From an uncultured Actinomycetota bacterium (GTDB lineage Bacteria; Actinomycetota; Actinomycetes; Streptosporangiales; Streptosporangiaceae): DNA of 64,000 nt. The translations under genes were made by a program, and so were the position numbers. The notes below the pieces were generated by a model. The model saw nothing but the letters and a program-made list of their open reading frames with translations, searched no databases and had not been told where the DNA came from. The DNA lies in contig CAWIXN010000005.1 in the NCBI GenBank assembly GCA_963840095.1, forward strand, positions 819,042 to 883,041, in the 5' to 3' direction. Position 1 is the stretch's first letter. Every line of letters starts with the position of its first letter. Below, in pieces: positions 58,063 to 64,000 of this stretch.

Positions 58063-58332
58063 GTGGCAAACATTAAGTCCCAGATCAAGCGCAACAAGCA
58101 GAACGAGAAGGCGCGCCAGCGCAACAAGTCGGTGAAGTCGGCCCTGAAGACCTCCGTCCGCCAGTTCCGTGAGGCGGCTGACGCCGGGCAGGTTGACGAG
58201 GCGACCAGCGCGATGCGCGCGGCGTTCGTCAAGCTGGACAAGGCGGCGAGCAAGGGCGTGATCCACAAGAACCAGGCCGCCAACCGGAAGTCAGCGATCG
58301 CCAAGCGCGCCGAGCAGCTGACGCACAGCTAG
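58063..58332 (+). CDS. rpsT: 30S ribosomal protein S20
   Basis: [29 protein letters not shown]...[17 protein letters not shown] start. Confidence 0.95.
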   Translation: MANIKSQIKRNKQNEKARQRNKSVKSALKTSVRQFREAADAGQVDEATSAMRAAFVKLDKAASKGVIHKNQAANRKSAIAKRAEQLTHS

Positions 58333-58375
58333 CCCGCCGGCCCCGCGCTCGCAGCGGCTCAGCTCTCGCAGCGGC

Positions 58376-59491
58376 TCAGCCTCGCGATCGGCAGGCCGCG
58401 ATGGTCTGGATGGCCAGCTCGAGCGCGTAACCGGGGCTCGCGCCCTCCCCCTTGACCTGTGCGTCGGCCACCACGACCGCGCGATGGGCCCGCGCGACTC
58501 CTTCCGGCGTCCAGCCCCTGAGCTGCTGACGGACCCGGTCGATCTTCCACGGCGGCATGCCCAGTTCCGCCGCCAGGGCCTCGGATCCCTTTGCCCGCGG
58601 CGCACTGCCCACCCGGCCCAGCGCCCGGACGCCCTGGGCCAGCGCGCTGCTGATCAGCACCGGTGACACGCCGGTCGCCAGCGCCCAGCGCAGCTGCTCA
58701 AGCGCGTCGGCGAGCTTGCCCTCGACGGCCCGGTCGGCGACCGTGAACCCGGTCGCCTCCGCGCGGCCCCGGTAATACCTGGCCACCACCGGCTGGCTGA
58801 TCACGCCGGTGGTGTCCGCGGCAAGCTGGCTGCAGGCGGCCGATAGCTCGCGAAGATCGTTTCCGACCGCGTCGAGCAGGGCCCGCAGGCCCGCCTCGTC
58901 CGCCGACCGCCCGGCGCGGCCAAACTCCCCGCGCAAAAAGTCGAGGCGCTCGCCGAAGCGCTTCACGGTGGGACAGTTGATTCTCCTGGCGCCCTCCTTG
59001 ACCAGGCTCGCGAGCACCGGCTTACCCTTGGCACCCCCGTTATGGGTGAGCACGAGGACAACATCGGACGGCGCCGCTGCCGTCAGCCTGACCAATTCCG
59101 CCGCGACCTGGCTGCTAGCGTCTTGTATCGACCGGACGACGACGACGCTGCCGCCGCCGAACAGGGATGGGGCGGTCAGGTTGGACAGGTCACCCGGCCG
59201 CAGGTCCGCGCCCCGCGTCTGGTGGATCTCGCCCGCGATGATCGCGGCCGCCGCCTGCCGCGCAGCGTCGGCCCCGCCGACCGCCTCGGCAGCCGCCTCC
59301 CCGCCAGCCGCCGACCCGCCAGCCCATCCGTCGGCGGTGTCGCCCGCCGCCACAGCCCGCAGGCCGGCCGCTGAGAGAACGCCCTGGACAGCCCGTTCGA
59401 CGAGTAGCTCTTCCTCGCCGACGATCAGCGTCACGGACGGCACTCTGGCCGGGCCAGCGCCGCCCCGGGCGCGGGAGTCAGCTGACTGCAT
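58376..59491 (-). CDS. holA: DNA polymerase III subunit delta (HolA)
   Basis: VTLIVGEEELLVERAV..., the central LSNLTAPSLFGGGSVVVVR and a C-terminal helical domain are present. It holds the conserved position next to rpsT. It carries an Ala/Gly-rich insert. Confidence 0.82.
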   Translation of the reverse strand: MQSADSRARGGAGPARVPSVTLIVGEEELLVERAVQGVLSAAGLRAVAAGDTADGWAGGSAAGGEAAAEAVGGADAARQAAAAIIAGEIHQTRGADLRPGDLSNLTAPSLFGGGSVVVVRSIQDASSQVAAELVRLTAAAPSDVVLVLTHNGGAKGKPVLASLVKEGARRINCPTVKRFGERLDFLRGEFGRAGRSADEAGLRALLDAVGNDLRELSAACSQLAADTTGVISQPVVARYYRGRAEATGFTVADRAVEGKLADALEQLRWALATGVSPVLISSALAQGVRALGRVGSAPRAKGSEALAAELGMPPWKIDRVRQQLRGWTPEGVARAHRAVVVADAQVKGEGASPGYALELAIQTIAACRSRG

Positions 59492-59535
59492 GCACGCAGC
59501 ATGCCACGAAACCCGCGGGTAGCTGGCCGCTAGGC

Positions 59536-60960
59536 TTGCCAAGCATTATGCCCAGTCAATGGATGCCGAGGTCAGCGCTGCCCCAGTCCGGATCCGCTCA
59601 GCCCGGATCGGCCCAGCCCGGATCGGCCCAGCCCGGATCGGTTCAGCCCGGATCGGTTCAGCCCGGATCCGCTCAGCCCGGATCGGCCCAGCCCGGATCG
59701 GCCCAGCCCGGATCGGCCCAGCCCGGTCCCGCGACGTCGCGGGCGACCCCGAATGCCGTCCGCAGGCCCCGCCCAGGCTTGGTGGGGCCCTGGGACCTGG
59801 CCGCCCTTGGCTGCTGGACCGCAGTGTGGTTCGTGATCATGGCGAGCCGCGGCGGTGTCGCGTGGAGCTACTTCGTCAAAGGCAGCCTGCTCCTGTTCAC
59901 TGGGCACGACGGCGCGTCAGTTGCTCCGGGCGGCTTGCATATCTACGCCAACTACCCGCAGCTGCAGATCGGCCCGCTGGCCTTCGGCGCGGGCCAGCTG
60001 ATCCGTCATCTCGGCCCCGATCAGGGACTGGTCGTGGCCGAGGTCGTCATGACCGCGATGGGCCTGATCGCCCTGGAGGCGATCCGCAGGCTGACCCTCA
60101 CTGTCCGGCCAGGCCTCGCCCGCACGGCCGCGGCCCGGTGGACGTTCCTGGTCGGGGGCGCCGTCTTCATGATCGCCTGGGCGGAGCTGGCGGTGCAGTT
60201 CGCCCATCTCGATGATGCCCTCACACTGCTGGCGGCGCTGCTGGCGCTGTGCGCCGCCGTCGCCCGCCGCCCGGTACTGACCGGCCTGCTGCTTGGCCTC
60301 GCTGTGGATGCCAAGCCCTGGGCGCTGATCTTTCTGCCGATCCTGCTGCTGGCCGGGGGGGTTGGCCCAATGACTTCCGGTCCGCCACGCCGCCTGCCGC
60401 TGCGGGCCGTGGTCATCGCCACCGCCGCCGCGATTGCCGTGATCGCGGCCGCATGGTTGCCGTTCTTCCTGGCCGATCCCGCGACGATGACGGCCGCCCG
60501 CTACACCATCGCGAACCTGCCCGATTCTGCACTGCGCGCACTGGGCGTCCACCCGCCGAAGACACCACCGTGGGACCGGGCGACGCAGGTGGCAACCGGA
60601 TGCGCGCTCGGCGTGCTGGCCATCTGGCGGGGCCGGTGGCCCGCCGTGGTCTTGGTCGCGGTTGGCGCCAGGGTCGCCCTCGACCCGGCGGCGCACGCCT
60701 ACTACACCGCCGGGGTGATGCTCGGAGCACTGGTCTGGGACCTGCTGGGCGCCCGTCGCCCGATCCCGCTCTGGAGCATCCTGTCCATCTGCGCCCTCAC
60801 CGTGGTACCGCTCCTGACGACGAATGCCCATCTGCAGGGAGATCTCCGGCTGACCCTGGTGGTCGCGTTCACCCTGATCCTGCTGGCCGGCCCGGCCGGC
60901 TGGGTGCTGGTCCCCGTCGAAGCGGCCGCTCCCGCCTGGCCGGCGGCGGCGACCCGCTGA
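59536..60960 (+). CDS. Polytopic membrane glycosyltransferase-like protein (GT87/DUF2029-like)
   Basis: More than 10 TM helices and LGLAVDAKPWALIFLPILL, a DUF2029-type motif. The N-terminal 65 aa consist of a (GSAQP)n 15-bp array. The true start may instead be TTG/GTG near 59778-59781. Confidence 0.65.
   Translation: MPSIMPSQWMPRSALPQSGSAQPGSAQPGSAQPGSVQPGSVQPGSAQPGSAQPGSAQPGSAQPGPATSRATPNAVRRPRPGLVGPWDLAALGCWTAVWFVIMASRGGVAWSYFVKGSLLLFTGHDGASVAPGGLHIYANYPQLQIGPLAFGAGQLIRHLGPDQGLVVAEVVMTAMGLIALEAIRRLTLTVRPGLARTAAARWTFLVGGAVFMIAWAELAVQFAHLDDALTLLAALLALCAAVARRPVLTGLLLGLAVDAKPWALIFLPILLLAGGVGPMTSGPPRRLPLRAVVIATAAAIAVIAAAWLPFFLADPATMTAARYTIANLPDSALRALGVHPPKTPPWDRATQVATGCALGVLAIWRGRWPAVVLVAVGARVALDPAAHAYYTAGVMLGALVWDLLGARRPIPLWSILSICALTVVPLLTTNAHLQGDLRLTLVVAFTLILLAGPAGWVLVPVEAAAPAWPAAATR
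59584..59733 (+). repeat. Tandem array of about 10 x 15 bp (CAGCCCGGATCGGCC and variants)
   Basis: Units counted directly. The array lies between the divergent holA and GT87-like gene starts, or in the 5' end of the latter. Confidence 0.9.
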
Positions 60961-61022
60961 GCCACCGGGCACCGGCGGAGCCGGAGCCAGCGGCGACCGA
61001 GCCGGAGCCAGCGGCGGCGGGG

Positions 61023-61865
61023 TCAGTACGGCGCGATGACCACGCCCAGCATTCCCAGCCCGGTATGGATGCCGATGACGGCGTCGGCTCGCGCCAGGTA
61101 GCTCGCGCGCATGCCCGGGATGAGCTCGGCCAGCCTGCTGGCCAGCGCTGCCGCCCGGTCAGCGTCGCCCAGATACTGGATAGCGAGATCCACTGGTGCG
61201 GTGGCGGCCGATTCGACCGCCAGCTCAGTCAGCCTGCGCAAGGCACCCGACGGGGTACGGACCTTCTCCAGCGTCGTGATGCGGCCGTCTAGGACGTGCA
61301 GCAGGTGCCTGGCGGTCAGCACCGAGCTGGCTGGACCCGAGCTGCGGCCGAGCCGGCCTCCGGCATGCAGGTAGTCCGGCGTCGCCACGGTGAAGAACGA
61401 GCTCAGCCGGACGGCACGGCTGATCGCCGCCGCAGCGACCTCGTCAGTTGAGCCGCCGGCGCGCGCGGCCTCAGCGGCCGACAGGACAGCGAACCCGAGC
61501 CCCATGCCCAGCGAGCCGGAGTCAACGACACGTACAGGCACCGGCGCGCTCGCCGCCGCCAGGCGCGCCGCATCGACGGTCCCTGAGATCCGCCCGGACA
61601 GGTGGACGGAGACGATCGCATCCGCGGTGCCAGCGGCGTCGGCATAAGCGGCCGCAAACCGCTCAGGCGCCGGGCTGGCGGTACGGACGGCGGCCCCGCT
61701 GAGCAGTTCCGGCACGATGCCGCTGGGCATGACGGCCGGGTCATCGTCCAGCCGCCGGCCGTCGACTACGACCGACAACGGCACCGTGACAATGCCGTGC
61801 CTGGCCGCCTGCTCGCTGGACAGGCACGCTGTGGAATCGGTGACCACGGCCACGCTCCGGCCCAC
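61023..61865 (-). CDS. DegV family (fatty-acid-binding) protein
   Basis: VAVVTDSTACLS...GIVTVPLSVVVDG is a typical DegV N-terminus. The length is 280 aa. Confidence 0.85.
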   Translation of the reverse strand: MGRSVAVVTDSTACLSSEQAARHGIVTVPLSVVVDGRRLDDDPAVMPSGIVPELLSGAAVRTASPAPERFAAAYADAAGTADAIVSVHLSGRISGTVDAARLAAASAPVPVRVVDSGSLGMGLGFAVLSAAEAARAGGSTDEVAAAAISRAVRLSSFFTVATPDYLHAGGRLGRSSGPASSVLTARHLLHVLDGRITTLEKVRTPSGALRRLTELAVESAATAPVDLAIQYLGDADRAAALASRLAELIPGMRASYLARADAVIGIHTGLGMLGVVIAPY

Positions 61866-61883
61866 GGGAAGCGGTGGCGGGGA

Positions 61884-63095
61884 TTAGCCCGTTACCGGCT
61901 CGCCGCCGCGCCATACGCGCAGCGGCTTGAGACCGTAGGCCCAGGCAAAGGCGCCCTCATGGTCGGCATCCCACGCGACGATGTCGGCGTACCTGCCGCG
62001 GACCATCGCGCCTCGGTCCGGCGCCCGCAGGGCGCGAGCGCCGCCCAGAGTGGCCGCCCGTAGCGCCTCGGTAACGCTCATGCCGAAATGCGAAACCGCG
62101 AGGGCGATGATCAGTGGCATCGAGGTGATCCCATTGCCGCCAGGCGAATGATCGGAGCCGAGAGCCACCGCGACGCCCTTGTCAAGCAGCGATCGGACCG
62201 GGGCGGTCCGCCCGGTTTCCAGCGCAGTGGCCGGGCACACCACCGCTGCGACGCCCGCTTGCGCGAGCGCGGCCACGTCATCGTCGTCAGCCTCATGCAG
62301 CAGGTCGGCTGACGCGCAGCCCAGCTCGGCCGCCAGGCGCACCGCGGCGTTGCTTGACTCACCGCACGCATGCAGCCGCGGTAGCAGGCCGGCCGCACGG
62401 CCGGCTGCGAGGATCCAGCGGGCTTCCCGCTCCGTGAAACGGCCGTCGTCACAGTAGACGTCGACGCTGTCGGCTCCGGCCATCGCCGCGTCGGGACACC
62501 AGGTACTGACCGCGTCCACGTAGTCGTGGCGGCGGCCGAAGTACTCAGGCGGCACGGCGTGCGCGGCCAGCAGGGTCACGTGAACGCGCGGCATGCCCGG
62601 CTCATCCTGCAGGGACCGGAGCATCCGGACGTCAGCGAGTTCCCCGTCCCTGGTCAGGTGGTAGCCGGTCTTCGCCTCGATCGTCGTGGTGCCGGTCAGC
62701 AGCCAGCCACGCAGCCGTTCTCGTACTCCGTTACAGAGCGTCCACGGGTCCGTTCCCCTGGTGACAGTGACGGTGGACGCCAGGCCGCCGCCGGCCGCGG
62801 CGATCTCCGTGGCCGACGAGCCGCTGGAGCGCATGGCGAGCTCGGCCCAGCGGTTGCCCGCGTAGACGGGATGGGTGTGCGCGTCGATCAGGCCGGGCGT
62901 GACCAGGGCGCCGTTGAGGTTCTCGACGTGGTCGACGTCGACAATGTCCTCGAGCACCCCGGGGATGCTTCCGGGCAGCTCAGCAGCGGGGCCGACCCAG
63001 GCAATGCGATCCCCGTGGGCGACTATCGCAGCGTTGCTCCAGACCTCGGAGCCGGTCCACAGCCGACCGATGTTGGTCAGCAGCCGGACCGTCAC
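61884..63095 (-). CDS. Amidohydrolase family protein (imidazolonepropionase-like)
   Basis: TPGLIDAHTHPV carries the HxH metal ligands. The barrel motifs ...EAKTGY...LHA...GSDH are present, and the N-terminal part is IGRLWTG...AIVAHGDRIAWVG. Start set at GTG 63095. Confidence 0.8.
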   Translation of the reverse strand: MTVRLLTNIGRLWTGSEVWSNAAIVAHGDRIAWVGPAAELPGSIPGVLEDIVDVDHVENLNGALVTPGLIDAHTHPVYAGNRWAELAMRSSGSSATEIAAAGGGLASTVTVTRGTDPWTLCNGVRERLRGWLLTGTTTIEAKTGYHLTRDGELADVRMLRSLQDEPGMPRVHVTLLAAHAVPPEYFGRRHDYVDAVSTWCPDAAMAGADSVDVYCDDGRFTEREARWILAAGRAAGLLPRLHACGESSNAAVRLAAELGCASADLLHEADDDDVAALAQAGVAAVVCPATALETGRTAPVRSLLDKGVAVALGSDHSPGGNGITSMPLIIALAVSHFGMSVTEALRAATLGGARALRAPDRGAMVRGRYADIVAWDADHEGAFAWAYGLKPLRVWRGGEPVTG

Positions 63096-64000
63096 CGCAG
63101 CACACCCATACGGCCGCAGACGCCACGGGCCACAATCCGGTTGGCCATGAGCGGTCACCTGCCACGACTCGTACCTGATGGTGATACACCGGCAAAGACC
63201 CAGTGAAGCGGATAGCGAGCTGCGCCACAAGTTGGGAACTCTGCGGATGCGCCCACCAACTTATCGGTTCAGTCACGCTATTGCACCAGTGGGTCCGTGT
63301 ACAGGGCTCTTCTGATGTGGTTTAGGCCGTCATTGGCCCGCGGGTTCCTTCTCATCGCGCGCTCCACTGCCTGAACATTCAGGCAGCGGAGTCATTTGGT
63401 GACGCAGTGGTCTCACTCCGATGATCTATCGGAGTTGACATTTCACAATTCGTGCATTGCTGCTAGCACTTCTCACTCACGAGGATGACGCCCCCGGGCC
63501 AGCCGCACCTGGTTGTGACCTGGGGAAAGCCAGCCGCTGCGGGTGGCGCCGAGGTCAGCCTCCGACGGCCTGGTACCCGTCGGAGGCCGGGTCGGCGGCC
63601 AGCATCGGTGGCCAGCGTCGCGGACCGGCTGCCGGCCAGCGGCGCGCGGCGGATTGTCCGAAAATATCGCCAGGTCATAGCGGGCCGCTCTTTCCGCGAC
63701 CCGGACCGTAGCATGGACTGCCGCCTGGCCATCGGCGAGCCGTCACATCTGCAGGACGGGTCGCGGTGTGGCGGCCCCTGCCAGGCTACGCTCTATCTTC
63801 CGTATCTTCCGTCCAGCCCTCTCAAGCTGAAGATATACAACAGCGACGGGCCCGCGGTGGGCAACTACGCCGTCTATGTATGCCATCGGGACGCGGCCAG
63901 GTCGCTGCCCGGCCGTGGCGCGTCGCGGGTGTGGTCAGGAAGCGCGTCGCGGGTGTGGTCAGGTAGGTAGTGACCGGGCCGCGGCCGGTGTCGGATGCGC

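Noticed and set aside
63485-63970. 161-aa plus-strand ORF and the overlapping ORFs 63457..63711 and 63463..63732.
   Set aside because: The translations are Arg/Pro/Gly-rich without hydrophobic cores or motifs. The three overlapping frames are similarly open, so no CDS is called.

Overview
This is a high-GC (about 70%) Actinomycetota chromosomal segment that is almost fully coding. The backbone is conserved housekeeping synteny. It runs through a GH63-like glucosidase + glgX operon and tRNA-Asn. Next come a sigma-70 (RpoD/HrdA-like) downstream of dnaG, then dgt and ppdK. A tauD + ABC (taurine/sulfonate type) operon follows, then a YciI/DGPF + ECF42-type sigma pair and glyQS. A long minus-strand run reads (HIT remnant)-phoH-ybeY-corC-cdd-like-EamA-era-Zn-ribbon protein-recO-uppS. 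After a SigE-type sigma with a membrane partner comes hrcA(CIRCE)-dnaJ-rsmE. The right end holds hemW, a MOSC protein, lepA, rpsT, holA, a GT87/DUF2029-like membrane protein, DegV and an amidohydrolase. The left 10 kb is more accessory: K+ channel, flavodoxin-like protein, aquaporin, SHOCT protein, SAM-MTase, alkylsulfatase, glutamate decarboxylase, HAD hydrolase and PRC-barrel protein. There is one tRNA and no rRNA, CRISPR array, intact IS, prophage or recognisable defence island. I see no convincing complete novel multi-gene system. The best leads are: (1) a 47-nt palindromic element present three times, two copies exactly bracketing an AbiEi-like/DUF559 gene; (2) a 60-nt direct repeat pair bracketing 6.9 kb of accessory genes; (3) many in-frame 15-bp tandem arrays inside or next to genes; (4) gene decay, namely a frameshifted ABC ATPase, an internally deleted HIT gene, a transposase fragment, a DUF1214 fragment and a possibly split DUF4870 gene; (5) a flavodoxin-like gene translationally coupled to a K+ channel gene. 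All homology calls come from reading the translations and recognising motifs; no database search was run.
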